A DNA stretch of 64,000 nt. Source: Magallana gigas (lineage: Eukaryota). The position numbers and the translations under genes were made by a program. The stretch's first letter is position 1. Each line of letters begins with the position of its first letter. This document shows, piece after piece, positions 11,029-23,036 of the stretch. The stretch is from the NCBI RefSeq assembly GCF_963853765.1, contig NC_088860.1, forward strand, positions 22,568,001-22,632,000, read 5' to 3'. Below the pieces are notes generated by a model that worked only from the letters and a program-made list of their open reading frames with translations, ran no database searches and was not told the origin of the DNA.

Positions 11029-13887
11029 ATTATATGAAATGATTATATACAACTATGCATTCTTTCTTCAAGTCTTTAGAGACACAAAAAATAAATGGCT
11101 TATGCATGTTTACCACTGGACTAGGTGTATATCTCTATTAAACTTTTATGTTCTCTGCAGGAGGAGAGATTTTTGTTCCCAATCTACCCACTACTGGCCT
11201 TGTTTGGGGCTGTGAGCATTGATTATTTACAGGTATGTGAATACAAAATCATTTTGATTAGACTGATCTGTTCAGAGTTTGTATTATACGATTAGTTCTG
11301 CTGAACAATATATACATGTATAAATGTTGTTTGGTTTCAGAAGCTGTGTTGTTTGTTGATGCCTGGACAGAGGGGCCAACACTACACAACAAACACCAAT
11401 TGGATCCCCGTTTGTCTGTGTGTCCTGTTCAGTGCCCTCTCCTTCTCTCGTATTATTGCCCTGTATCAGGGTAAGCAACTCTGTGTGTGTTTGACATAAG
11501 GTTCATGAACTCTCCTCCTCTAACATTGCTCTATTTAAGGGTAAATAACTCTGTAAGTGATTTATATAGTGCCGTCTTCTTCTATCGTATTATTGCCCTT
11601 TAACAAAGAAAGCAACTCTGTGCATGCAATATACATTGTATGATAAAGTGCCCTCTCCTCCTCTCATATTGCTCTGCATCAGGCTTAGTAACTCTGTGTG
11701 TGTGTGATGTGTAATGCCCTATCCTTCTACGTGTATTTGTATATGCATATTTGTAGAAGATAAAAAATCTAACTTTTAGACATATCTATTTATCATAGGA
11801 TACCATGCACCATTAGATATCTATGTGGAACTCAACAGAATTTCCTCCGATCCAAAAGTCCATACATTACCTCCTGACAAGTCTGTGAATGTTTGTGTGG
11901 GAAAAGAGTGGTATCGTTTCCCTAGCAACTTCTTCCTCCCTGGAAACAAGTAAGTAATGGTGTTATTCCTTTCACTTCGTGCGTGTATCTGTGATTGTTT
12001 GTACCCAAAGTACTGATGCCTACTTAGTAGAGTGAAATTAATATTGTTTGTCCGACATCTTTAATTTCATGGCTGAGCTATGTTGATAATTTCATTATTT
12101 TCATGCATTTTCAGCATTAAACACAACACATTAACAGTTTGACCAAGTCAGTCAAGGAATTTCATATACTGAAAGACTTTCTTCAAAGTAAAATTTTCTA
12201 TACATGTAGCTTTGTCTTTAATTCTCATAAATTTTATTTTTAAGCTGGAATCTACAGTTTCTACGGTCAGAGTTTAGAGGCCAACTTCCAAAGCCATACA
12301 GTTCAGGGGAGGATGCAACAAAAATAATTCCAACAGACATGAATGACCTCAATAGAGAAGAAATGTCTAGATATGTAAGTGTATATATTGCATGTGTACA
12401 ATATGGATATGTCAGTTTATTTAAAGAGTGCCATAAAACTATGTCTGTTTTTTGAATGAGTGCACTACAGCTATGTCAGTTTATTGAATGGTGTCACTAC
12501 AGCTAGGTCAGTTTATTGCTTGTAAGGCAGCGTAGATATGTTATTGTATGGTTTGTAAAACAAGAGTTATCCTTAGATACATTAACCATTAGCAATCATA
12601 GCATTTCATAGCATACAGGTAGATAGTGATGATAATGATAAAAGAACTGAGCAAGATCAAGTTATAAAAAGATTAGAGGGACTGAAAAACATGTATGAAG
12701 TAGCACCAACAATACACAGCTGTACTAAATAAAAAATGTACTACGCAACTTGGAATTTATCAGGATTAGAAGTAGAGCATTCAATTGTGAATTTATGAAT
12801 TTATTCATAAGAGGTTTTTTTAATACAAAATGTAATACATGTACATTTTTACCAAACAATTTTACTTAACAGGTAAACATTAGCAGGTGTCATTATCTGA
12901 TAGACCTGGACACACAGACAGACACAAAATATGAACCCAACTACTCCGCTAATTCTGAGGAGTGGACTGTCCTCCACTCAGTACCCTTCCTAGAGGCCAG
13001 CAGGTAACGAGATTCTTAATTCATAATGTGGAGAGGGGAGGGACGTTCAGTCAAATGGGAGGGGTCAAAGTCATGTGATCATAGCAATGACATTGCCCAA
13101 TATTTGATAAGCACTGGAAACAACAGTATCCTGGTGCTCTCAAAGTCTTTCCAATAAGGAAATACGCATGTACCATATTACATATATGTACCAGTTATCA
13201 TTTAAGGAACGTTCTTTAAGTATTTCAAGGGGAAGGCGTGACTCAATCCTTTAAAGCCTGAAGTGCTTTCTGATAGATTTTATCATGCCCTGGCAGTACT
13301 GATCCCCTCATGATATTCAAATAATGATTCCTTGTGACTTATATAATTTCCAGCAATTGTATGATTAAATATATATTTTACTTTTATTTCGTATAATTAT
13401 GCTGCTTGCACTTGGTCCCACAGTATGTCACTTGCATCATTGATGATTTTATTGAACTATAATTTACAAGTTTGATTCACAGTGTCATCAAAGACAGACA
13501 CTGGAAAATGTAAATAAATCAGGATAAGCTTGCTCAAAGGAAGTGGGGGGTTAATCAAATTGAAAAGTCTAAGTCATGGGAACTTACCAATAAAATTGTT
13601 CAGAAATTGAAGAGCTCTTTTAATGAAAAACAACAATTTCCTGTATTAATTCTCACAGTCTCTCCATGTACCGGTAGTAAATATGCGTGTGATAATCTAT
13701 ACACCTTGCTTGAAGAATCTCATTTTAAAGTTGTAAAATTTGGATTTTTGTTTTCTTTTTCAGGTCTCATCGACTATTAAGGGCATTCTACATTCCGTTC
13801 ATCTCATCAAGATACTGCACCTATGTGAATTACAATTTACTAAAAACTAAAAGGACTAAAAAGAATTCTGCGCACAGAAATGTTTAA
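5344..13887 (+). CDS. ALG9: Alpha-1,2-mannosyltransferase ALG9, 3' part (12 coding exons, 396 aa; 5' exons lie upstream of the window)
   Basis: Exons 5344-5405, 5537-5624, 6771-6876, 10027-10115, 10485-10521, 10861-10931, 11161-11232, 11341-11470, 11799-11949, 12245-12374, 12873-13003 and 13764-13887 are GT-AG and phase-consistent. Hallmark peptides: AILGWPF, YYGKLVIAPLNIVMYNVFTEHGPDLYGVEP, HKEERFLFPIYP, VNVCVGKEWYRFPS, SEFRGQLPKPY, LLRAFYIPF. Confidence 0.97.
5921..6081. mobile_element. Palindromic (foldback) MITE, ~160 bp, in an ALG9 intron
   Basis: ATAAG(T)AATAAGGAATCATTCTTTGA..GGTGATAATTT..GATCAAATC pairs with GATTTGATC..AATTATCACC..TCAAAGAATGATTCCTTATTCCTTAT around a central AAAGCCCTTCGGGCTTT hairpin. 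TATAAAT flanks both sides. Confidence 0.75.
6865..9750 (+). repeat. 41-bp minisatellite, ~70 copies, starting inside ALG9 exon 6771-6876
   Basis: Unit CTGATCTCTATG|GTGGGTTATTCTACACTAGGGCAAGCTTA with a 41-bp period (e.g. 7111 and 7152); 2886 bp / 41 is about 70. Confidence 0.97.
10978..11024. repeat. (CT)n microsatellite
   Basis: Pure CT run. Confidence 0.95.
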
Positions 13888-13900
13888 TTATATTGTAGGC

Positions 13901-13906
13901 AATAAA
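13901..13906 (+). promoter_or_regulatory. Candidate ALG9 polyadenylation signal
   Basis: AATAAA 14 nt after the ALG9 stop codon; a second AATAAA lies near 13970. Confidence 0.45.
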
Positions 13907-14627
13907 CCAATTGTAGATTTAGAGGAGAATGTTGTTTTGTCTTTTAATTAATATTCTGGTTGGATCCAAAATAAAATTATAGTTACATTGATAAACACGT
14001 TATTACCGTTTAGGCATCTTCACTTAAAAAGAGCATTTGGTCAAATCTGCTCCTGCAGAGTGGGCCAAAAAAACCTTGAATAGGGAAGATGCCCAATAGG
14101 GTTCATTATGGAGTTCATCATGGCCATGTTTTAATTCTCCTGATTCTCCTGATGTACCAATTATGAAGTACTGGTACATTTATAACCTAACATTTCATTG
14201 ATAAAATCACAAGTACTCTGTAGGAATCAGACAAAAATTTGTTTAAGTGATCAAATAAACAATATAATTGTGTTTTCATTATGAGATATGACCTAGTTAT
14301 AACAACACATTTATTTGTAATTTCTGCATTTAGTGTTTTCAATTATGTCCTTAATGATGGTATAAGTACCACTAGATGCTAGACAATTGTCGGTCACAGA
14401 GTAGGTTATGGTTCCTCCTCCATCTCGGGGATTTCCACTGCTTCCATGGAGATTCAGTTCCCTGTCCTGCTGAAGATCTTGACAGAGACACACACATGCA
14501 ACTATTTCATTTCCTCTATAACTGTTGGACTTCCATGTGAAAGGCTCTTTTTTTTTTTTTAAATCATTTACCAGTAATATTTCCTCTAGCTGTTGAATCT
14601 CCATAGGATAGGCTCTCTTTAAATCAG

Positions 14628-14994
14628 TGAGGAAGTTGGGGCTATATGGATCATGGATATTGGCCTGGATAGCTCAGTGGTAGAACTCCTGACTAGAGTT
14701 TCAGGGGTCCCAGGATCGATTCTTGGTCCAGCCATATGTTTTCATTATTTCTACCATCCCGTTACATTTGGTGCCATGACTAACCCCTGGAACTGACAGG
14801 TGAACTCCTGCCAGGGGAAGAGCCTGGGGTGATCTTCGAGGGCGAAGATCAGTTAAAGGGGAAGGAATATGACAGTCTGACAGATTCGAATGCCAGCGCC
14901 AGATAGCTCAGTTGGTAGAGCACCTGACTAGAGATTCAGGGGACCCAGGGTCAAATCCCGGTCTGGTCCATCATTATTTTTCCATCCAGTTACA
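14628..14994 (+). mobile_element. TRIM-type non-autonomous LTR retrotransposon with tRNA-like cores in its LTRs (Helenus-like)
   Basis: 4-bp TSD TCAG (14624-14627 and 14995-14998). 5' LTR TG..TTACA 14628-14766; PBS TGGTGCCATGACT at 14769; PPT AAAGGGGAAGGAA 14855-14867; 3' LTR TG..TTACA 14870-14994. Each LTR carries a tRNA-like unit with A box TAGCTCAGT(T)GG. Confidence 0.8.
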
Positions 14995-16913
14995 TCAGTT
15001 ACAAGTAATTAACAAATGACAAGGTTGTACGCTCTACTCTTTTATTGTTTTTATTTAATGAATCATTTGATAACCAGTCCACATACCTACATATTTCTAC
15101 AAAAAATGACTAACAGTCATGGAGAGAAAAATACAAGACCATGGAAACTTAACAACAACTGATACATATACATAACAATTAAGAAATGGTGGAGTTACTG
15201 AATGACAGCCAGTTCCCAAGTATTGGTTGCCATGTAAACACACACCCCCCTGTTAATGACCATGGCCTTCCTAGCCTTTTGTCTGAGCAGTCCAGGGATA
15301 AAACATATCATTTACTGAAATGAATGCTGATAACTGCCTACATTGAAAAAGTATACAAGCCAGGGGATATGACATGGACATAATTTCTACCTAAAAAATT
15401 TTGATCCAAGTATGATCTTTACAATTCATATTTTTAAAAATAAGAAAAACAATTGATATCTAGGGATTTTTTTAAAAGTTAAAATTCAGATCAGTGGTTT
15501 AAAATGATCTCTGTGCAATTTCTAAAACTATCGGTATTTATAGACATACATATAAACATGAAAAAACAAATCTGGTTCACCTGTACAAAATGCGCTCGGA
15601 TACTACCAGTGTAAGAGGGCAACAGATGAACCAGATTTTATTACCAGAACCAGTACAATTCGCCAGAGAACTGTATAATAGTAATTCACTTGATGCTATA
15701 CATCATCAGTACTAGTACAATTCATCAGGTGCTGTACATTAAGAATAGATTCGGAGGAATTGGGGATTGAAGTGGTAGCCAAGATGCATGCTGTATCAAT
15801 TTCACTAACCTTTGAATGAGCATTTACAAAGATACTGTAGATCGATTCCTAATTAAACGTATGGAATTAATATCCACAAAAAATCGCGAGAAGCAACCCT
15901 CGCCGATTTTATAATCACGCTTATATTTTTCAGACAGTTTTGAACTAGGTAAAAGAAATCATAGCAGAAAATTGGTGCTCCCTATTTTATACTCTCACAA
16001 TTTTGATACAAAAATCAGTGGAGTCGTGGAATTAGGTACTTATGTAAAATAAGGAATTTACAGTACATGTACTACATATCATTTAGTTATTCCAACTAGC
16101 AAACTATTAAATGAACTAATAATATTTCATAAATTAGGAATGTATACACAATGTCATTATTGTACAGTGACTTTACGATTGTTGGAATGACTTTTCTTTG
16201 TCACTATGTTTTGGCACAAGGATTAATATAAAGTAAAATCAAGATATCAATGCTTACTACGTCTGTGCAATACTAGTAGTTTTCATTATACCATATACAC
16301 ATGTAGGTATTGTAAAGATATGTTAGTAATATTGAGCTTGATAATTCAAACAGAATAACTGCAGAAATCAGTATTTTCACTTATCTAGAAAGGTATAGGT
16401 TCAACACCCCTCCCCCCTTCACACTATTAACGAAAATACAAACTTGAATAATGCCCTGCATGAACAAATGCACAGACACAAATATAGCATGAAGAGAAAA
16501 AAGTTATTCTGTTTCAATACACCCCATTTACATACAAAACTCTATGTATGCACACAATTCCTCTCAAAGATTCCAAAAGAAAAAATGGAAATATTATTTT
16601 ACAAAGTAAAATTAGTTGGATATATATGAATCCCTTTGCATGTGCAAATATCTTTGTGCAGTTTATTATCTGATTCAGTTAAATTTTGTGGTGCAAATAT
16701 TAGTGTTTCAGGGAATAGGGGCATGGTTTTCATATTTTCTTATTTTCAATAAAAAAAAAGATTTTAAAATAGATCTATGCACTATTTGCATTACCTGTGC
16801 ATTGGTGAAAAAAATTTATCAAGATTCTGCAAAACAATAATGACCATATTCAAAGTTACATAACATCTAAACTGTTTATTGTTTATGATCTTTCTAGCTC
16901 TCAGCTCTTTATC

Positions 16914-18726
16914 TCAGCTAAATCTGGCCACCAGAGTCTGTATATCAGGAAGTATATCCTTGACTAGGACTCTATCTTTCTTTCTATCTACCAAACAACG
17001 CTGTGAAATCATGAACAGATCGTCAGCGGTCTGGGTACACCACCCTCCTGCCCGGGGGTCGAGAAGGGGAATGATACTTTCTTCTACATTCTCAACAACA
17101 TGACTCAAAAGGTCTGTCTCTTCTCGAGTGCTGTCACTCGGTGGAAGACCTGTTAAAATTTCCAAAAGCACCACACCAAAAGCAAAAGAGTCTAGTTTAG
17201 CGGATATGTCAAACCTAATGGCCTCCGGAGCCATGTAGGCAGAAGTTCCGATCACTAGTTTTGTAGAGGCCACTGTGGTACTACTTCCAGATGGAGCGAG
17301 TCTCGCGGTGGCAAAATCACCCACTTTCGGCACAAAATTTTCGTCCAGTAAAACGTTTGCACTTTTGATATCCCTGTGAACTAAACCACAGTCATTCAGG
17401 TACACAATTCCTTTTGCTGTTCCACAGGCTATGTTTAGTCTTAAGTGCCAGGACAAGGGTGCCGTGCCATTCAAGCAGTGGAGTCTGTCCTCTAGAGAGC
17501 CATTGGGCATGAACTCATACACTAAACACTTTTCTGGACCATCGATAGAGTACCCCACTAGTTCCACAATGTTTTCATGATGATAATTTGCGAGCGTTTG
17601 CAGTTCTGTCTCAAACTGCTTTTGCATGACCGGATCCTCTGGATCTTTTAGTCTCTTGACAGCCACAACATACTGGTTGGAAAAACTAGCTTTATACACC
17701 GTTCCAAAGCCTCCCCTTCCTATAACACTACCACCCTGGGAAGCTGGCCTATCGTCAAAGTTATTAGTGTGATACTGCAGCACTGCGAAGTTGATGGCTT
17801 GAGACCCGGGCTGGTAGACCGCGGAGAGTTGTTTTGGGATATGTTTTTCTGAGGACTCTGAACAGGACGGTGCAGCATCCAGATTGGGACTCTGTTCTCC
17901 ACTGTCATAGGACTCGATTCTGTTCACCATCACACCATTTTCCGAGGGGTGACAATGCGCGAAGGAGAGAGAATCGTGTCTCGCTGAGTCCTGACTACTA
18001 CAGGTGGTGCTTGTGTCATTATCTGTTGAGCTGTCCGGCTGGACAGAGGCAGTGTCTGGCACCTTCACTCTGTTGTATAGTTCTCTTTTTTCAAAGCTTC
18101 TGTTCTCCAGATTTTTCTGCTCATTTGGAGTTAGAGAGCAGGAACCCACTGGTGATAAAATGGGTTCGTCCTCTCGTGGCACAGGGTCTCCTTTGAGTTG
18201 AGTGACAGATAGATAATCCGCTGCTGCATAGAGTCGAGCCTTACACAGAACTTTGATTAGATGTCTTACACTGGCATTCTGTGTTCCCCATTCTTCCAGT
18301 ATAATTCTGAAATAAAGAAAGATTCGTGAAAATCCGGGTTTTATGAAATGGTAACATAAGTACTTCCATATATTACTGCTGAAAAATGACACACGTGGCC
18401 AGAAAGGAATTAACTTATGAGTTGAATAGTTTTTTGTTAAATTTTATGAAAAATGTGTAAATATAATAGTATCTTCAAATCATTTATCGATTAAGCTTAT
18501 CTACTTACTTGGTAGCGTAAGCACCAGGTTTGGATGCTCTGTTTTCGATCATCTGCGCCTGAGATGTGCTGTATCTCTCCTCAAAATTATTTCCATCCAG
18601 TTGTTTTGGGATGTGACACAAAAGCCTTTTCCACAGCTGGTCTGGTTCCAAGAAATTTACGAGTTTTAGGATGGCAGAATACGGGAGTTTGCGGATGTAA
18701 GTTTCCGCCGTTACCTGATTCGACAT
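16914..18726 (-). CDS. IRAK4: Interleukin-1 receptor-associated kinase 4-like (death domain + Ser/Thr kinase), 536 aa, 2 coding exons
   Basis: Exon 18726-18509 (ATG..ACC AA|GTAAGT) joins exon 18306-16914 (TTTCAG|A ATT) in phase 2. Death domain: YIRKLPY..LEPDQLWKRL..ILEEWGTQNASVRHLIKVL. Kinase motifs: GRGGFG, VAVK, Tyr gatekeeper LVYEFMPNGSL, HRDIKSANVLL, GTSAYMAPE. Confidence 0.92.
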
Positions 18727-18769
18727 CTCAATTTAGTGTTTTTTTCCGCACCAAACTTTCACTCTTTAC

Positions 18770-18834
18770 CCGGAAGTAAGTCAATAATCATGTTGGGAAT
18801 TCCAGGATGACGTCAGAGGTGAAAATAGACCAAT
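18770..18834. promoter_or_regulatory. IRAK4-like proximal promoter motif cluster
   Basis: ETS CCGGAAGT 18770-18777, kappaB-like GGGAATTCC 18795-18803, CRE TGACGTCA 18808-18815 and CCAAT 18830-18834, all 44-108 bp upstream of the ATG. Confidence 0.55.
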
Positions 18835-18997
18835 CGGCGTTTAAAATGGATTACAAGTTATTGGATCTATTATCTTAATATTTTCATCAATAATTCCTAG
18901 AATTAAAGATTTTTACATCAATATAGCAATAACAAACGATTAAAACGATAGGTTTATGAAATTCATAACTTTACAAATATATGCTTTGTTTATAATC

Positions 18998-19139
18998 NNN
19001 NNNNNNNNNNNNNNNNNNNNNNNNNNNNNNNNNNNNNNNNNNNNNNNNNNNNNNNNNNNNNNNNNNNNNNNNNNNNNNNNNNNNNNNNNNNNNNNNNNNN
19101 NNNNNNNNNNNNNNNNNNNNNNNNNNNNNNNNNNNNNNN
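18998..19139. other. Assembly gap (142 N)
   Basis: Run of n. Confidence 1.
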
Positions 19140-22100
19140 TTTACATTATTTCATATGGAATAATTAATCTGCATAACAACGTATTGTTGTATAAACTAAA
19201 CTAACCTTTACCAGAGTTTTTAAACCATTCCCGAAAATGTCCGTACACTGTAAACCCTCGATAAATAAAACCGTCGATATATATTTTGAAAAATGATGAT
19301 AGTTCTTAGTGTGATGTTATTCTTAGTTGAAGCCTGAGAAAAAAAGGTTAAAAAGGTGAAGCAAGGGGTTTTAAATTGCATTTGATTAATCTTTAACGTT
19401 AGATACATGTATCTATTCCCTGATGATTGATCACTCACAAATATATGAACTCACAAAAATTTCTATTAAAGAAATAAAACAGAATTATCATTTCTTAGTT
19501 TATAGTCATGAAACAAATTTTACCTTGAATTTAAAAAAAAAAGATTTTGGAGGTGTATTTTTATTCTTTACAAATGCATGTACTTACAGAAAAAGAACCG
19601 TTATGCAATCCACCGAGCAAATTGAACCGTGTCTACATGTATATGCAAGCATTGGCACATTACGGGTTTTTTTTTAAAATTATGTGGGTTAGTCCAAAAT
19701 ATCCGATGCTTTCCTGGCCGTTTTAACGATTTTGATATTTTACTCGTCAGGAAAACGTCAGATATTCCAGCCTTTTTAAAGGTAAACTTCTATTACAGAA
19801 ACAATTGGCTATTGTCTTATATTTTACTTTGCATCATTATTTCATTTTTATAAAAGTAAACGGAAGAATACTAAGTGTTCATTTCTTTTGATTTTATTAC
19901 AGTGAGTAGCGGTATGTTTTGTCGCTTGATTGATATTTTATACTGTAATTTTTTTTTAAATATATAAACACTTGCAACATGCAGACACAAAAATAAACTA
20001 GAGAGAACAAAAACACTCTTTTTATAGTGCATGCTGGGATATCAATGAACAGAAAACTGTCAGCATGTAATGTGGGTTTTATTTTGCTTATTCAAGTTAG
20101 GCCAATCTTTAAAAAAAAAAGGACTCAAAGACTACAACTTTATAACTTCAAAAGGTCAAGCTTACAGTCCAAAACTTAGACTGATACGAAAGTAGAATAA
20201 TCTTAAGTTGGATTACATACTTACTGAGTAATTAACTTAATCATTAATAAAATGATGAAAAAAATATATATACATGTATATCTTATACGTATATATGGGA
20301 ACATGTCAACTAGAGAACATTTCAGACAAATATGCAGGAAGTACCAAATTATTTCTATCTCTGTATATTTGAAAAACAAATATTTCCTTCTCTCTCTCTT
20401 TTTTTTTCTTAAATGATTGCAAATGAAAGGAGTTGTCCAGACGTGAAACAATTAACTTCAGACAGGGAAAACCTTAAAAGAAATGGAAAGAAAACAGCGC
20501 CGCGAGTTTTTGGCAGGTGCGAGGAATTTGGAGGTAGCTGGGACGTCAATGGTTCAGACGAGAGAGACGAGTCGATCGCTCTGTCTCCCCCACTTCGACA
20601 AAGTGTCGATGTTTTTCAGTCTATGAACGATTTAATAGTAGATTTGTTTACCATCTAAACAAATAAAAGCGCCAGAATTTGCTCCATTATTTGTTTTTCT
20701 ATCGCGCCTTCCAATGATCCTTGCACCTTCAAACCCATACATTGTCAGAATGCACGCAGCCCACATTTAATTGTCTGCCTCTGATTTCAACCTCTTCATC
20801 AACAATACGGCGGACGCTCGTCTCCACGAGGAATTTGAATTTTAAACGATTTAGACTTCTCATCAACAGAAATCCCTAATATAATCGGTTGCTTAAAATA
20901 TAAATATAGCAGAGCAAATGGGTAGGTCAGTATATATACACACAGTTACCGTTTGCAAGGAAATTCGCGAACTTTTCTCGGACCAGAAATTTCAATTCCA
21001 TTTTGGATTAACTCCCTTTAAAAATCATTGTTGGATTAAAAATCGGACAAGCTGACGGTAAGATAACATTTAAACTTTTGCAGTATTTATATTTGATGAA
21101 TATTAAATTTGAATGTAATTGCGATAAATTTTTCATGTTCTTGCATTAAGTTGCATGAAATCGAAAGCATACATTTAACTACTTATTTCTTGAGTTTTAC
21201 GAGTTACGTCTCTTGGTCCTACGTTGACGCCTTTTCTTTTTCTCTCTCTCTCGAGTTTATACCAAACTATTAATAGACAGAAAGTGACAGATAAATAGAT
21301 AAGTCTGTCTGACGTAATTCACTCATTGCTAGCCAGCCAGTCGGTCTGACGGCCTGCGTGGGGGATCGCCAATGTTCCCACACCATCCCAGCCGGTTATT
21401 AGTCTGCGACGAACTATTCCGTGCGCCTGGATACGATAGAAAGCTTTTCATTTTTGGGACTGCCTCGTCCAAGAGACGTGTTTGTAGATGTCGTAATACA
21501 AGCTGGTTATGGTCAGAGTGACTACAGGTGGACGATTATATCGGCGTCCGTTAAGGGCAGTGCGGCAAAATAAACATTAGGGAGACTTCAAAGAGCGCGC
21601 GGTATGTTATGTACGCATGTACAAACACTGGCTATACAATACACAGTCAAAACCCGTTCTACGGTACAACGACAACAAGAGGAGACGGAGACACGAAGAT
21701 GTATGTGCGTTTGATCACAATGCTTTATGACACGGGTCCTTTATTTACTTCAGGTTTTGTTTTTAACTTAACCGCATACCAAACATTAACTAACGAATCG
21801 GTGTACAAAAAATTGAATAGAATATGTCGATGATTCAAACTTAATCATTAAATGAACACTGTAGTACTTAGCATGATAATGATTATCGCTGGAATTTAGA
21901 TAAACAAAAAAAAAGTGAAACAGTTAAAATAGAGCCATGTTTTCACGCATTCGGTTTTGATTTTATACACCTGCTAAGAACTTCCGGTTACAACTTTTGA
22001 CAACTTTTATATGCTCTTGTCTGACTAATTTTGTTTTGTACACATCATCGGGAGAGCATCCAAAAAATGAAATAGACAAGAAAAACCCCGTAAACAAAAT

Positions 22101-22955
22101 CCCATAAAAGTGGCCGATCTCATATTTCCGTTAGGTTTCGTGTGGCATTAATGCAGAAAACTAAGGGAAATATCAAGTTACTAATTTAATTTTGTATTTT
22201 AATTACATTTTTTATAACGGTAAAATTAATCGTTAATGTTTTATTTAATTTTTTGAAGAATAAATTGTAACACACGACATCTTCAGTTATATGGAACCGT
22301 AGTTTATACTGGTCATGGGTGTCCGACAAAGTATATAATACCTTTTCGCCGAGATTTGCTAAAAGCAACGTTTTGGCTGTAGGTAGACAAAATATAAATG
22401 TTAAGTACTATTAATAGACAAAACATAAATGTTACTATTAGTAGCACATCTGCACAAGTGAACAAAAACTAATCATTATCTTTAGTACTTTCAGTACTTT
22501 GATCAGGAAACAATCATGCGAAATCTGCAGAGAAATGTATATTAAATATGATGTTTACTTTTTAAAATCAATATATCACTGTAATAATAATTGTTAAAAA
22601 CATGTCAATTTTTGAAGGTCATAAGCAATTGAACGTCATTTTTTTTTTTTTTAAGTTTTGATCTTTTTTTTCTGGGGGGGGGGGGGGGTACATGAAACAA
22701 GTCTATAGGTTTGATTAATCTTCTAATCTTTTATCTCTATGTTAAGCGACCTTTATTTTTATAATTTTGATAAACTACATTCTGAAAAGCGGAACAAATT
22801 GCGCTTTTCAAAGAATTAAGTATATGAAGCATTATACAAGCTTGTTTTACATAACTTGGATGGTTTTGGTTACGTCGACAATATCATTGGGTAGTTTATT
22901 GTACAATGTAGTTGACGGTTGATTTTGTATGGAAAGCATTGTATACTGGCCTTCT

Positions 22956-22958
<3 letters not shown>

Positions 22959-23033
<75 letters not shown>
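22959..23033. repeat. (CT)n microsatellite
   Basis: Pure CT run. Confidence 0.95.

Positions 23034-23036
<3 letters not shown>

Noticed and set aside
14662-14970. Two genuine tRNA-Ser(AGA) genes
   Set aside because: 8-nt anticodon loops, no long variable arm, poor acceptor stems and degenerate B boxes; embedded in a TG..CA/PBS/PPT/TSD structure.
16914-18392. The 492-aa ORF as the complete IRAK4 protein
   Set aside because: The first 28 residues are intronic; the true start is 18726, spliced at 18509/18306.
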